From Candidatus Bathyarchaeota archaeon (GTDB lineage Archaea; Thermoproteota; Bathyarchaeia; TCS64): a stretch of 64,000 nt of DNA. The translations under genes and the position numbers were made by a program. This document shows positions 1 to 10,210 of the stretch, piece after piece; position 1 is the stretch's first letter; every line of letters starts with the position of its first letter. The stretch covers positions 128,001-192,000 of the forward strand of contig CAVYVF010000022.1 in the NCBI GenBank assembly GCA_963771885.1, written 5' to 3'. Below the pieces are notes generated by a model. That model had not been told where the DNA came from. It saw only the letters and a list, made by a program, of their open reading frames with translations, and ran no database searches.

Positions 1-441
1 CCCCTCGGTGTCAATGACACAGACCTTGCCGCCGAAGCCGCCCTGTTCGACGGGTTGCTGGGCGAGGACGCTGAGGGTGAAGCATATCTGGGTCTTGCCG
101 CTACCGAATTCGCCGATGAGTTCGGTTATGGCGTCTGTCTCTATGCCTCCACCGAGTATTTTGTTGAGGTCGGGGCTGCCCGTGTTGCACTTCATCATGT
201 GCATTCTCTTTTCGAGGACCTCAGTAGCGGGGATGAAGCCGAGGTCTACCTTACCGCGTGCAAGTTGATTGACCTTCTGTGCGGTGTCCGCACCCATACC
301 CGTGAGCTCCTCTATCTCGCGGCTGGGAGTGATGGCTATGGATTCGTAGGTGCTGAGTCCGGCCTTCCTCAGCTTAGCCATTGTGGAGCTTGATACGCCG
401 TCTAGTTCTATCGGGTCTTGCTTCGCGACGTCCTCGGCCAT
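1..441 (-). CDS. radA: DNA repair/recombination protein RadA (5' part; runs off window edge)
   Basis: Hand translation from ATG at 441: [29 protein letters not shown]...[33 protein letters not shown]...IDTEG. N-terminal HhH plus Walker A GEFGSGKT. Not in the ORF track because truncated. Confidence 0.9.
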   Translation of the reverse strand, partial: MAEDVAKQDPIELDGVSSSTMAKLRKAGLSTYESIAITPSREIEELTGMGADTAQKVNQLARGKVDLGFIPATEVLEKRMHMMKCNTGSPDLNKILGGGIETDAITELIGEFGSGKTQICFTLSVLAQQPVEQGGFGGKVCVIDTEG

Positions 442-519
442 CTTGATCGTTTCGGTTGGGTCCACTTTCGCTTATAACGCGTGCGCACATGTAGCGATGG
501 GGGAGTCGGGTGAAAGTGG

Positions 520-1314
520 CTAGGCGGAGAGGAAGCCTCCATCCACCGCCAGCAGCGCACCTGTGACGTAGCTTGATAGGTCTAAGGCGAGGAATAACGT
601 GGCACGTGCCACCTCATCAGGTTCGCCGAGTCGCGCCATAGGTATTCGCGTGAGAAAGTCATACCCTGTCTTGGCGAGGCCTATGTTTCCCTTAAAGAAC
701 TCCGTCGCGGCGCCCTTCGTACCCTGGGTTACTATACCCCCGGGTAGTAGACAGTTTATGCGAAAGCCCTTATCCCCGAAGTCGCGTGCGAGGCTCCGGG
801 TGAGGCCGATGACACCTGCCTTGGAGGTGTCATAGTGGACCATGCCCTTTTTGAAGGGGAGTATCGCCTCGATGCTGGCGACGTTTATGATGACGCCACC
901 CCTCCTCTTTCGGGCTTCTACCATACGTTGGCACATCCAGAGGACGGATTCTAAATTGATAGCGTAGACCTTCTGGAAGAACTCCTCGTCAATGTCCAGG
1001 AAGTCCTTGAAGGGATAGATGCCCGCGTTGTTGACGAGGGTGTCAGGCTCGCTGCCCTTGAGGTCATTCCAGAGGGCGTCTATCTCGGGTTTCTTTGAGA
1101 GGTCGACCCTCCTCGGTTCGACGTCACCTCCCCACCGCTTCAAATCGGCGCACGTCTCGCCCAACTTCTTAGCGTCAACGTCGACGATTACAAGGTCAGC
1201 GCCTGCCTCCGCGAAGCGGCTGGCCATCGCCTTCCCTATTCCAGCTGCGGAACCGGTAATGAGGGCGCGACGCCCTTTTAAAGAGACGAGTTCACTGAGC
1301 GACTTGTCCGCCAA
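520..1314 (-). CDS. SDR family oxidoreductase
   Basis: TGSAAGIG, NNAG, YDTSK (YxxxK), VDGG motifs. Confidence 0.93.
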   Translation of the reverse strand: MADKSLSELVSLKGRRALITGSAAGIGKAMASRFAEAGADLVIVDVDAKKLGETCADLKRWGGDVEPRRVDLSKKPEIDALWNDLKGSEPDTLVNNAGIYPFKDFLDIDEEFFQKVYAINLESVLWMCQRMVEARKRRGGVIINVASIEAILPFKKGMVHYDTSKAGVIGLTRSLARDFGDKGFRINCLLPGGIVTQGTKGAATEFFKGNIGLAKTGYDFLTRIPMARLGEPDEVARATLFLALDLSSYVTGALLAVDGGFLSA

Positions 1315-1418
1315 CGCACATCACCCCACAGATGCGTAGCTGAATCTTCAATGTTTCTCTAAAGATGCGGTACGTGCCCGATAACCCCATATAAATCCGA
1401 AATACATCACAAACACAT

Positions 1419-1787
1419 ATGTCATACCTCGACCATTGCGGAGTCTACGTAAAAGACCTCGAGAATAGCCTAGCATTCTACAAAGAAATATTCGGCTGGA
1501 AGGAGAAAACGCGTTGGACAAGCGGGGAGGCAAAGATCGCCGTCCTCGATATGGGCAAGGGGTTAATGGAGCTGGTGCAGCGCCCCGGATCACCGGGGGC
1601 ACCCCCAGGGGGTAATTGGACGCACCTCGCAATACACGTCCCCGACTTCACCGACAAGGTCAAAAAGCTCGAGGCAAAGGGACTCGAGTTACGCAAGGTC
1701 ACTATGAGTGAAGGCGCGCACATCGCCTTCTTCAAGGACCCCGACGGGCACACCGTCGAGATCATGGAGAAGGGACTCAGCCTCTAG
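1419..1787 (+). CDS. VOC/glyoxalase family protein
   Basis: DHCGVYVKDLENSLAFY, HLAIHV, FFKDPDGHTVE. Confidence 0.9.
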   Translation: MSYLDHCGVYVKDLENSLAFYKEIFGWKEKTRWTSGEAKIAVLDMGKGLMELVQRPGSPGAPPGGNWTHLAIHVPDFTDKVKKLEAKGLELRKVTMSEGAHIAFFKDPDGHTVEIMEKGLSL

Positions 1788-1827
1788 CCCCAAACCTATT
1801 TCTCCCACCCAGACCATCCTTCATACG

Positions 1828-2049
1828 ATGTCCACCTCTATTCGATGCGCTAAATGCGGAAAGCTAAACCCCATCACACCCACCGAGGCGGCGAAGGAGC
1901 ACACATGCGTGTTCTGCGGCGCTATCATACCACCACAAGCGACAGCCATACACGAGGACGCCACGAAAGACAAGGGACCCAGACGCTTCCCGCTCGCCCA
2001 GTCCGAGGTAAAGCCGGTGAACAAGAACCAGCGCAAACCAATGTTCTAG
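1828..2049 (+). CDS. Small zinc-ribbon protein
   Basis: MSTSIRCAKCGK...TCVFCG; two CxxC pairs; ATG at 1828 within ORF 1708..2049. Confidence 0.55.
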   Translation: MSTSIRCAKCGKLNPITPTEAAKEHTCVFCGAIIPPQATAIHEDATKDKGPRRFPLAQSEVKPVNKNQRKPMF

Positions 2050-2117
2050 TTGGGGAAGGGTTATCTGACAACCGGACCACTCAATATACATGCCGGGGAC
2101 CAAAGTTAGAGGCGCAG

Positions 2118-2717
2118 ATGAAGCAAGATATACCACGCCTCGCCGAGGTCCTATCCCTAGCGTTCTACGACGACCCCACAATGAGGTGGGCGACACGCGA
2201 GGACGAACGCCGCCTCCCCGCCCTCATCGACCTATACAAATACTGCCTCGAGAGCGACCTGAAGTGGGGCGGCGTAACAACCACCAAGGACCTGCAAGCC
2301 TGCGCCGTCTGGCTACCCCCAGAATCCATGTTGGAAAACCCTCCACCACTCTACACTCTGCGCATGCTCCCCCGTTACATGAACTGGTGCGGAGTTGCCA
2401 AACTCGGGAGATGGCTCAAATTCGGCGAGTTATGCGAGGCTAAGCGACCCAAGACCCGACACCACTACCTCGACTTCATAGGAGTCCATCCCGACAAACA
2501 AGGTAAGGGGTACGCTTCAGCACTCCTCCACCACACCCTAAAAGCCCTTGACTCACGGGGCGAATCCGCCTACTTAGAGTCCAGCAACGCTAGAAACAAC
2601 CCCCTCTATCACCGCCATGGCTTCCAGACTACAGACGAAATACATCTCCCAGACGGTCCAACACTATGGTGTATGTGGCGAAAACCACAAAACAACGCAA
2701 CATGCAACACTATCTAA
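2118..2717 (+). CDS. GNAT family N-acetyltransferase
   Basis: YLDFIGVHPDKQGKGYASALL, AYLESSNARNNPLYHRHGF; start estimated. Confidence 0.88.
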   Translation: MKQDIPRLAEVLSLAFYDDPTMRWATREDERRLPALIDLYKYCLESDLKWGGVTTTKDLQACAVWLPPESMLENPPPLYTLRMLPRYMNWCGVAKLGRWLKFGELCEAKRPKTRHHYLDFIGVHPDKQGKGYASALLHHTLKALDSRGESAYLESSNARNNPLYHRHGFQTTDEIHLPDGPTLWCMWRKPQNNATCNTI

Positions 2718-2980
2718 ATCCAACCAAAAAAATCCAGAAAATAAGTCATATAACAGACTTAAAATGGAAATACGGCGATATATAACATCCGTTTGAAGAG
2801 AATATTTTTCGACATAGGTGCTGCGGAGTTGTAAAAATGGCGACCCGTTGCAAGTAAAATTGACACGTTTTAAACGACATAACCGAAAAGAAGCGCTAAA
2901 ATCGCCTAATTTCAAATAGATTATTAACCTAATCCACTATCCAACCGAAAAAAACCATCGAACAAGAATATCTAGGGGAT

Positions 2981-3592
2981 GTGACACCCGTTAAGCAGAT
3001 GTCCGCCGCGCCCACCTTCACCAATGCGACAGCAACGGCCCAGACTAAGCTGCGCCAGACGATCGACCCCGCCTGCACGCTAAAAGTCCACAAGTCGCTT
3101 AACGAGGACCTGATAGAGACGATCCTAAGGGTGGATGCCTACAAGTTCAGGCAAGAGCTCCGCTATAGGCGCGAGGAGGTAATCGAGCATAGCGGCAATC
3201 CCGGGTTCATACTCATCACAGTGGAGACAAACGGGCAACCCCTCGGCATCGTCTACGGATACGACGAGCCCGACGGCGGATTCTTCCTCGACACACTCGC
3301 TAGCATGGTCGAGGGGAAAGGCATCGGGCACACACTTGCAACCCTCATTACCATTCACGCCAAGAACCTCGCCCACAGCCACGTCACCCTATACACAGAG
3401 GAGGAGGACGAGCAGGGACGGAAGCTCAGACAGTTCTACCAGAAGATGGGCTTCGTCTACCTCGGCACGGAGGTGGAGAAGGGCGACGTGATGGTCCTTC
3501 AACTAAATAATAGCCTCATTAAGAGGCTCTACAACCGGTACATTGCGGGAGAATATGCCCAGCCTCTAGTACCTGTCCCCATCTCTGCCTAA
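2981..3592 (+). CDS. GNAT family N-acetyltransferase
   Basis: EGKGIGHTL and LRQFYQKMGF motifs. Confidence 0.75.
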   Translation: MTPVKQMSAAPTFTNATATAQTKLRQTIDPACTLKVHKSLNEDLIETILRVDAYKFRQELRYRREEVIEHSGNPGFILITVETNGQPLGIVYGYDEPDGGFFLDTLASMVEGKGIGHTLATLITIHAKNLAHSHVTLYTEEEDEQGRKLRQFYQKMGFVYLGTEVEKGDVMVLQLNNSLIKRLYNRYIAGEYAQPLVPVPISA

Positions 3593-3625
3593 AGTAAATT
3601 ATACTCACCTGCCCCAGCAATTACA

Positions 3626-4258
3626 ATGCAGACACTCAGAGGAATCTACACAATAGACAACTCCGAGAAGAAGAATCACGGCATGGAGTGCTGGGCACTC
3701 GACTGCGCTGAGGGCGTCGTCCTCGTCGACGGCGGGATGACTCCTCAGCACATCGACAACATCGCTGCCGAATTAAAGGCGATGAAGAGGACGTGGGGAG
3801 ACGTCAGGCTAATACTCGTCACTCACAAACATGGAGACCACACCAAGAACCTTCCCCAGCTCAAGAAGCTAACAGGTGCCCCAATCAAGGCACACAGACT
3901 CGAGGCGCCTCTTATCGAGAAGGCTGTCGGCGTCGAAGTGCAGCCACTCGAGGATGGTGCCGTACTCCCCTACTGCGGTGGAATCCAGCTCATCTGGGTC
4001 CCAGGCCACAGTGAGGGAAACTCCAGCTACTACCTCAAGAACCAGAATGCGATTATCGCCGGGGATACCATCTTTGGCGACGAGAACAGCAACCTGATCA
4101 CACCCCCGGAAAAGTACTGCCTTGACGCCAATCAGGCGGCGAAGGAGATAGATCGCCTCCTGAAGTACGACTTCGACAACCTCCTCTACGCACACGGCAA
4201 GGACATCATAGGCGGCGCCAAGAAGAAGGTCGAGGAGCTGGTAGCCAGAACCCGTTAG
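3626..4258 (+). CDS. MBL-fold metallo-hydrolase
   Basis: THKHGDH, PGHS, AGDT, AHG motifs. Confidence 0.9.
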   Translation: MQTLRGIYTIDNSEKKNHGMECWALDCAEGVVLVDGGMTPQHIDNIAAELKAMKRTWGDVRLILVTHKHGDHTKNLPQLKKLTGAPIKAHRLEAPLIEKAVGVEVQPLEDGAVLPYCGGIQLIWVPGHSEGNSSYYLKNQNAIIAGDTIFGDENSNLITPPEKYCLDANQAAKEIDRLLKYDFDNLLYAHGKDIIGGAKKKVEELVARTR

Positions 4259-5058
4259 TAGACGACCCTTACGGGTATAGCGCGATCCTCGCAGAGCCTC
4301 ACGACGCGCGCCTTAAGGTCCTTGTAATACTGGGACTCCGCCTTCAGCGCCGACTCAAAAATCAGTCTAAGATCCGGGTAATAGGTATCCAATACCCCCC
4401 GGATATCTGGCATGTTCCCGCACTTGATGTTCAGTCGATCTACAAGCAGCCTACCGACTCTGTCCACTAGCACGTTCAGCAACTCCCCCAAGCGGTCATC
4501 GCTCAGGTAGGGTAGCATTGGACCCAGAAAGGCATATGTCGGTATCCCCTCGTCGCTCAACTTTTTCAAAGCCTCAAGCCGAGCAGGGATCGGCGACGCA
4601 CCCGGCTCGAAGACCCTCCTCACCCCATCGTCCAATGAGGTGATGGTCAACCCGACCTCCACATCGTCAAACCTCTTGAAAAGATCAATGTCACGGAGGA
4701 CAAGGTCGCTCTTTGTCAGGATATCGACGCCATAACCATACTCAAGTAGGACCTCCAGGCACCGCCGCGTTAGTCTCCGTTCCCTTTCCAGAGGCTGATA
4801 GGCATCCGTGACACTGCTCAATATCACCCTGCCCCTCGGCTTCTTCGGGGCTTCATTTCTTAGCACATCTACCGCATTCACCTTGATGTCCACAAAGCTG
4901 CCCCACGCCTCCCCGGGGTGACCCATCCTCCTCATGAAGCGTGCGTAGCAGTACGCGCAGGCGTGACTGCACCCGAGATAGGGGTTCACGGCATAATCCA
5001 TGCCTCCGATGCCGCTCTTACCCAGGATGCCCTTGCACCTAACCTCCCCTATCTCCAT
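4255..5058 (-). CDS. Radical SAM protein, spore-photoproduct-lyase-like (SplB/Rv2578c family)
   Basis: NPYLGCSHACAYCYAR (CxxxCxxC), SSVTDAYQPLE, ILTKS. Confidence 0.85.
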   Translation of the reverse strand: MEIGEVRCKGILGKSGIGGMDYAVNPYLGCSHACAYCYARFMRRMGHPGEAWGSFVDIKVNAVDVLRNEAPKKPRGRVILSSVTDAYQPLERERRLTRRCLEVLLEYGYGVDILTKSDLVLRDIDLFKRFDDVEVGLTITSLDDGVRRVFEPGASPIPARLEALKKLSDEGIPTYAFLGPMLPYLSDDRLGELLNVLVDRVGRLLVDRLNIKCGNMPDIRGVLDTYYPDLRLIFESALKAESQYYKDLKARVVRLCEDRAIPVRVVY

Positions 5059-5139
5059 ACAATCACCCCAGCCATCCGGCAACCTATATATAATCCGTTG
5101 GGAAGAGTTGAAACAACAACAGCGCGAAAGTGAACAACC

Positions 5140-5604
5140 ATGAAGGTACTAATCATCTACGACAGCAAGACAGGTAACACCGAGAAGATGGCGACCGCCG
5201 TCGCCGAAGGAGCCAAGGAGGCAGGCGCCGAGGTCACAGTCAAGAAGATCGGTGAGCCATTCCCCCTCACACTGCTCGAGGAGAGTGACGGAGTCGCCTT
5301 CGGCAGCCCGACGCGATACGCTGACGTCACGAACGACATGAAAGACTTCCTCAGCCACGTTGAGGACTATGTAAAGATTGGCAAGATGAAGATGAAGGGC
5401 CGGAAAGCGGCAGTCTTCGGAAGCTATGGATACGACGGCGCCTGGGTCATGGAGGACCGCTTAAGAGGCTACATCGAAGCTCTCGGCTACAAGGTTGCCC
5501 CCAAGGTCTGCGTCAAAGTCGACATAGAGATAAAGACGAGGCAAAAGGAGGCCCTCGCCGAGTGCAAGACCTGGGGCAAGGACTTCGCAAAGACGCTCAA
5601 GTAG
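5140..5604 (+). CDS. Flavodoxin
   Basis: YDSKTGNTEKMA, FGSPT, FGSYG. Confidence 0.9.
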   Translation: MKVLIIYDSKTGNTEKMATAVAEGAKEAGAEVTVKKIGEPFPLTLLEESDGVAFGSPTRYADVTNDMKDFLSHVEDYVKIGKMKMKGRKAAVFGSYGYDGAWVMEDRLRGYIEALGYKVAPKVCVKVDIEIKTRQKEALAECKTWGKDFAKTLK

Positions 5605-6403
5605 CCCCGATACGCCGCCGTAGATCCTCTTCTATCACATCTCTCTCATCAGGCGCGTCGCGCCACCTCTTATCGAGGCTACGCCTCTCATCAGCGGATA
5701 TCACATAGTTACTACGCGCCTTGTTTAAGAGCTCGATAAAGTCTCGGTACCGGCTTGAAGTGGCAACGGGCTTTGAAATCCGAGAATGGATCATCTCCCG
5801 CTGCGTCTTGATAGTTGAAGCGACCTCGATGACTCGCCTCATCTGCGTGAGCGCCTCACGACACTCGTCCCCCACCTTGACCTGAACGAATAGGAGGGAG
5901 AGCATCGTAGTTGCCGGAGCCTCGTACACGCTCCTGCCATCGACGGCCCTCCTACCACCCGCCCTGATCACCTCGGCCTCCTCAACTAATAGCCTAAGCA
6001 CAGACGCGTCGACCCTGCTCGCAACATACTTCTTTATGACGGAGAAGCCCTCCTCCCGGAACCCACGCCGAGATAAGCGGGTCTCGAAGGCTACCGGAAG
6101 CATCCTCATCGAGTCAGCGAAGGCACGCTGTGCCTCCGACTGTGTTGGGTGGAAGAGATTCTTGAGGTGCCTAAGCGAAGCAGCATCGCCGTAGACGAGA
6201 GCAAGGCGGATAACCTCGTCACCTAGCCCAAGCTCGATAGTGGGGAGGGGACGGGGCTCAGCGTCGGTGTTGGCAATCGGGACACTCATCTGGTCATCGG
6301 ACACGTACTCCATAACTGCCTGATCATCGAGTGAGGCAACCAGCTTACCTAGAGTCGACTGGATTACCCGATAATAGGGGAGAAAACGCGCCTTTGTAAT
6401 CAA
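5597..6403 (-). CDS. Hypothetical protein
   Basis: 268-aa ORF filling the gap between flanking genes; no motif recognised. Confidence 0.6.
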   Translation of the reverse strand: MITKARFLPYYRVIQSTLGKLVASLDDQAVMEYVSDDQMSVPIANTDAEPRPLPTIELGLGDEVIRLALVYGDAASLRHLKNLFHPTQSEAQRAFADSMRMLPVAFETRLSRRGFREEGFSVIKKYVASRVDASVLRLLVEEAEVIRAGGRRAVDGRSVYEAPATTMLSLLFVQVKVGDECREALTQMRRVIEVASTIKTQREMIHSRISKPVATSSRYRDFIELLNKARSNYVISADERRSLDKRWRDAPDERDVIEEDLRRRIGAT

Positions 6404-6518
6404 GAAGAATCGAGCGAGATAAGAGATCCCTATCTAATCAACACTTCTATAGGATTATGGACTCGGATTCCTAGAACCTTTTTTCACTAGCTATAAATCT
6501 GCGGGGACGTAAGGGGGT

Positions 6519-7835
6519 GTGGTCGTCATGGCTTCTGGGGTTGCCTATGGTTCGAGGGTTGAGGATGCCCATAAGTCGGGTGACCTCCATGTGCACGGTA
6601 TGGGTGAGGCTGGGGGCTACTGGGCTTCCTGGGACTCCTCCGCCGTGGGGAAACGAGGCGATGTCGCAATCTTCGTCTCGAAGGCGGCGCGCGAGTGGCA
6701 AGGCTTCCAGAGGCTCACGGGATTTGAGTCACTCATTAAAGGAAGAGTCGAGTCGGTCATGCGACTCGTGGAAGGAGGCACGAAAGTCTTCCTCGAGTTC
6801 GATAAGCAGACCCGAGAAGAATCACCTGAGAAAGTTCTATCACTTCTCCAATCCATGAACACGAGGCTCGTCCTCCCGTTGATCGCGTTCACGGACGAGT
6901 ACGACTGGGAGACGACAAACGATCTAACCGCATTCGACGCCGTGAACACACTATGTTCACCCGTATTTATCCACAGGGGGGAAGAAGCAAAGGTCTTTGA
7001 GCCCTGGTCGGGTGGCTTAGCGTCTGAAACAAGCACCGGTGTGCTTGGTATGGTCACGCTTAACCTTCCTCGGGCGGCTTATGAATCAGGGAACGAGAAT
7101 GAGTTTTATGGTCGAGTCGGTGACTTGACGAGGCTGGCGATCGAGGGTCTCGAGGCTAAGCGCTCCAGGCTCGAAGAGGAGCTCAGGGAGGGGAAGTTGC
7201 CGGCGACGTCCTCAATGGTCGACTCGTTGGATGGTTTCTCCTGCGCCGTTGGAGTCGTCGGGGTGAACGAGGCGCTTCAAAACCTCGTCAACAGGGGCAT
7301 AGGCTCGATGCAGGGGAAGGTAATCGCATACAGAACCCTCGAGTTGATACGAGGAATAATCAAGGAGAGGGGTGAGGTGACGGGCCACAGCTTCTGCCTC
7401 GCCGCCGAGCCCTCGGACGGGGCAGCTTACCGCTTGGCGGAGCTGGATAGGGCGAAGTACCCGGAGATCAAGACGGCGGGAGTGGAAGCGCCGTTCTACA
7501 CGGCTTCAACTTGCTTACCCGTAGACTACAATGATGACCTCTGGGACGCGCTTGAGCATCAAAAGAAGCTGCAGACCCTCTACACGGGGGGCACACAGTT
7601 CAATATCGTCGTGGGTAGGAAATTAGCCGACGCTCGGGGCTGTAAATTGCTCGCGAGGAAGATAGTGGAGAAGGTCGGTTTACCCTGTTTCGCTTTCAGC
7701 CCCCCCGTTTCGGTGGAGGGAGTAGGCAGATTTGAGAGGAATGGATACTGGTATAAACCGGTCTCCGAGATGGGGGCTGGTGAGATTGAGGAGGTGCGGA
7801 TACGCAGACCCTTCGCCGTAGCAAGCGGGTGGTGA
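6519..7835 (+). CDS. Degenerate class III (anaerobic) ribonucleotide reductase NrdD-like protein
   Basis: NrdD barrel motifs AHKSGDLHVH, TGVLGMVTLNLPR, AYRLAELDRAKYP, PFYTASTCLPV, LQTLYTGGT; short (438 aa), apparently lacking catalytic Cys and Zn site. Confidence 0.8.
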   Translation: MVVMASGVAYGSRVEDAHKSGDLHVHGMGEAGGYWASWDSSAVGKRGDVAIFVSKAAREWQGFQRLTGFESLIKGRVESVMRLVEGGTKVFLEFDKQTREESPEKVLSLLQSMNTRLVLPLIAFTDEYDWETTNDLTAFDAVNTLCSPVFIHRGEEAKVFEPWSGGLASETSTGVLGMVTLNLPRAAYESGNENEFYGRVGDLTRLAIEGLEAKRSRLEEELREGKLPATSSMVDSLDGFSCAVGVVGVNEALQNLVNRGIGSMQGKVIAYRTLELIRGIIKERGEVTGHSFCLAAEPSDGAAYRLAELDRAKYPEIKTAGVEAPFYTASTCLPVDYNDDLWDALEHQKKLQTLYTGGTQFNIVVGRKLADARGCKLLARKIVEKVGLPCFAFSPPVSVEGVGRFERNGYWYKPVSEMGAGEIEEVRIRRPFAVASGW

Positions 7836-8536
7836 GCCAGGGGCTCCCCATCGTGGGGATTGAGAGGCTGAGTCTCAGCGACTACCCGGGTAAGCTATGC
7901 GCCAAACTCATCGTGCCGGGGTGCAACTTCAGGTGCCCCTACTGCTCGGAGTCTGAGCTCATCTTCGACTTCATACCCATGCCCAAGGTCACCGAGGACG
8001 AGGTGATAGCGTTCCTGCATCCGCGGCTCGGGTTCCTCGACGGCGTATGCCTAACGGGGGGCGAACCGACAATCCACCGCGAATTGCCTTCCTTCCTAGA
8101 GAGGCTCAAGTCGATAGGCAGCCTCGTTAAACTGGATACCAACGGTTCGCACACGAGGAGGCTCGGGCACGTCATCGGTAGGAAGCTCGTGGACTATGTG
8201 GCGATGGATGTTAAGGTGCCCCTGAAGAGGTATGTCGAGGCAGTCGGCTACAGGATAACAGCCGAGGAGCTCCTCGACAGCATTCAGCTCATCAGGAGGA
8301 GCGGAGCCGACTACGAGTTCAGAACAACTGTAGTCCCCGGTATAGTCGACGGGCGTGACCTATTGGAGATCGTGGGGACCCTCGCCGGGTCGAAGAGGTA
8401 CGTTCTGCAGGGGTTCAAGCCGGGGTCGACACTTTCGAAAGAGTGCAGCCTCGTGGAGCCATACAGTGATACGGAGATGAGGCAGTTCGTGGACCTCGTC
8501 TCACCCTATTTCGCAGAAGTAATTCTCAGAATTTAG
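7829..8536 (+). CDS. nrdG: Anaerobic RNR activating protein (radical SAM)
   Basis: SLSDYPGK, GCNFRCPYC, TGGEPT, KLDTNGS, YEFRTTVVP; overlaps the NrdD-like stop. Confidence 0.85.
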   Translation: MVSQGLPIVGIERLSLSDYPGKLCAKLIVPGCNFRCPYCSESELIFDFIPMPKVTEDEVIAFLHPRLGFLDGVCLTGGEPTIHRELPSFLERLKSIGSLVKLDTNGSHTRRLGHVIGRKLVDYVAMDVKVPLKRYVEAVGYRITAEELLDSIQLIRRSGADYEFRTTVVPGIVDGRDLLEIVGTLAGSKRYVLQGFKPGSTLSKECSLVEPYSDTEMRQFVDLVSPYFAEVILRI

Positions 8537-8542
8537 CATACT

Positions 8543-9001
8543 CTAATTGTTTTCGCGGAGGATTTCGAGCGTCTTAGCGGCGGTCCAGTCAACATATTCG
8601 TCACAGTGTGACTCTCCACGCGCCCTGAGCTCCTCACCACGCTTCGCCCTCTCCTCGGGAGTGCATCCCTGGCAACCGAGGAGGTTCCTGCAGACGCAAC
8701 TGCCCCATCGGGTCTCGAAGTCCCTGATGAGCCCCTGGGTGATCTTGCGTTCCTTGACACGTCGCTCGTCGAAGGTTTGGGGAGTCTCGTCGCCTTCCGT
8801 CCCGTGTACGAGCCCGATTGCGATCGCACCTCCGAGCACAGCGCCGCAGATGTCGCCCCAGCCAGCGATGCCTCCGCCGAGGTTGGAGGCTAGTCTCATC
8901 GTCGAGTCGCCGAAGCCGGGGAGGGGGCGTTCCTCGGTGACCTTGAGTAGGACGCTCTCGCAGCAGTTGAAGCGTAGACCTTTCTTGACTATCATGGGCA
9001 T
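8543..9001 (-). CDS. C_GCAxxG_C_C family redox protein
   Basis: FNCCESV, GGG..GDICGAVLGG, SCVCRNL, HCDEYV. Confidence 0.85.
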   Translation of the reverse strand: MPMIVKKGLRFNCCESVLLKVTEERPLPGFGDSTMRLASNLGGGIAGWGDICGAVLGGAIAIGLVHGTEGDETPQTFDERRVKERKITQGLIRDFETRWGSCVCRNLLGCQGCTPEERAKRGEELRARGESHCDEYVDWTAAKTLEILRENN

Positions 9002-9034
9002 CTACACCTTCGCATGGTGGAAAAGGTTGGCGGT

Positions 9035-9655
9035 TTAGACGTAGCCGAGCCAGGCGAGTAAGAGAGGGGTTAACGTTACCTCTATGACAGCGGCTATGAG
9101 GAGTATCGGCGTTATCCTCGTGAGGAACAGTCCGAGGGCAAGTCTTGCCTCCTTCCAGATGTTGCCTTCCCTCCTTAGGGCGTTCATGGCGGCGTATCCG
9201 AGGCTCATACCGATCGCCATGGCGAAGACTATGGCGGGTATCTCAAATATCCCGTGGGGTGTGAGACCGGCGACGATGAATTCCATGCCGTAGATGGAAC
9301 CTAAGCTGTAGGCGATGTAGCCGATGAAGAAGCCGTTGAAGATGACGAAGAATAGGGGTAGGACGCCGCCGATTACTCCGCCTAGCATGAAGAGGAGGCT
9401 CTTGCCAATGTTGTTGACGGCGATGAATGTGAAGAGTTCGGGGAGACTCATTTTTGAGGTGTCGGGAAATGAGCCGAGGATGTCACTCATCGTCGAGGCG
9501 GGAATAGTGTTACCGAGGACGTAGCCCATGCCTAGACTGAAACCGAAGAGGAAGCAGCAGAGGGCGAAGATGGGGACGATTTTTCGCGCATAATCAGCGT
9601 AGGCGCCGAATAATAGACGTTGGAGCCCGCTGGGTCGGGGTTTTGGGTTTGTCAT
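9035..9655 (-). CDS. SpoIIM-like (DUF95) membrane protein
   Basis: NN, NG, PHGIFE, AAVIE motifs; multiple TM helices. Confidence 0.85.
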   Translation of the reverse strand: MTNPKPRPSGLQRLLFGAYADYARKIVPIFALCCFLFGFSLGMGYVLGNTIPASTMSDILGSFPDTSKMSLPELFTFIAVNNIGKSLLFMLGGVIGGVLPLFFVIFNGFFIGYIAYSLGSIYGMEFIVAGLTPHGIFEIPAIVFAMAIGMSLGYAAMNALRREGNIWKEARLALGLFLTRITPILLIAAVIEVTLTPLLLAWLGYV

Positions 9656-9659
9656 CTGC

Positions 9660-9881
9660 CTAGTCTCGTTCTCTCTCCCTGACGCGGGCGGCTCTGATAT
9701 CTCTTTCTAAGACAGTCTTTCTGTTATCCCTGCGGGCGTTCTCGACGGCCGCTTCAGCGATGCGCTGGGCAGCTTCACCGACTGCACGCCTCATCTCCTC
9801 GGCTGCCTCCTCGCTGATCTTGATGTCGCCCTGCTTCTTGATGAGCCTCCTCATCGGCGCCAGTGTGAACTCCTCAGCCAT
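9660..9881 (-). CDS. Archaeal histone
   Basis: LAPMRRLIK, ISEEAAE, RKTVLERDI histone-fold signature. Confidence 0.9.
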   Translation of the reverse strand: MAEEFTLAPMRRLIKKQGDIKISEEAAEEMRRAVGEAAQRIAEAAVENARRDNRKTVLERDIRAARVRERERD

Positions 9882-9976
9882 CGTCCGCCACTGTGCCTAT
9901 GAGTTGACGGGTTATTGACTCTTTCCGGCGTTAGCTATATAGAGGGGGGCGCAGAACTGAGGATGAGGTTTGGATT

Positions 9977-10168
9977 ATGGCTGATGTTAAAGTTGATCTC
10001 ACTAAGTGTAACGGCGCGGGTGTCTGCGCTGAGGTCTGCCCGATGAACGTCTACGACATGGTTGAGATAGGGGGCAAGAAGAAGGCCCAGCCGACACGGG
10101 CGTCTGACTGCATCCTATGCATGGCCTGCGTGAACGGCTGCCCGCAGGGCGCCTGCACTGTAGAGTAG
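9977..10168 (+). CDS. Ferredoxin (dicluster type)
   Basis: CNGAGVCAEVCP and CILCMACVNGCP; the first motif has Ala for the second Cys, suggesting 3Fe-4S/4Fe-4S. Confidence 0.9.
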   Translation: MADVKVDLTKCNGAGVCAEVCPMNVYDMVEIGGKKKAQPTRASDCILCMACVNGCPQGACTVE

Positions 10169-10210
10169 CCCCTGATACGGTTATTATCAGGGACCCCCCA
10201 TATTCTCGTA

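Noticed and set aside
8..393. Plus-strand ORFs 8..268 and 55..393
   Set aside because: Antisense shadows of radA; most other short overlapping ORFs in the track were dropped for the same reason.
2720..2980. AT-rich intergenic stretch as an ncRNA or mobile remnant
   Set aside because: No convincing structure, repeat or homology within the window.
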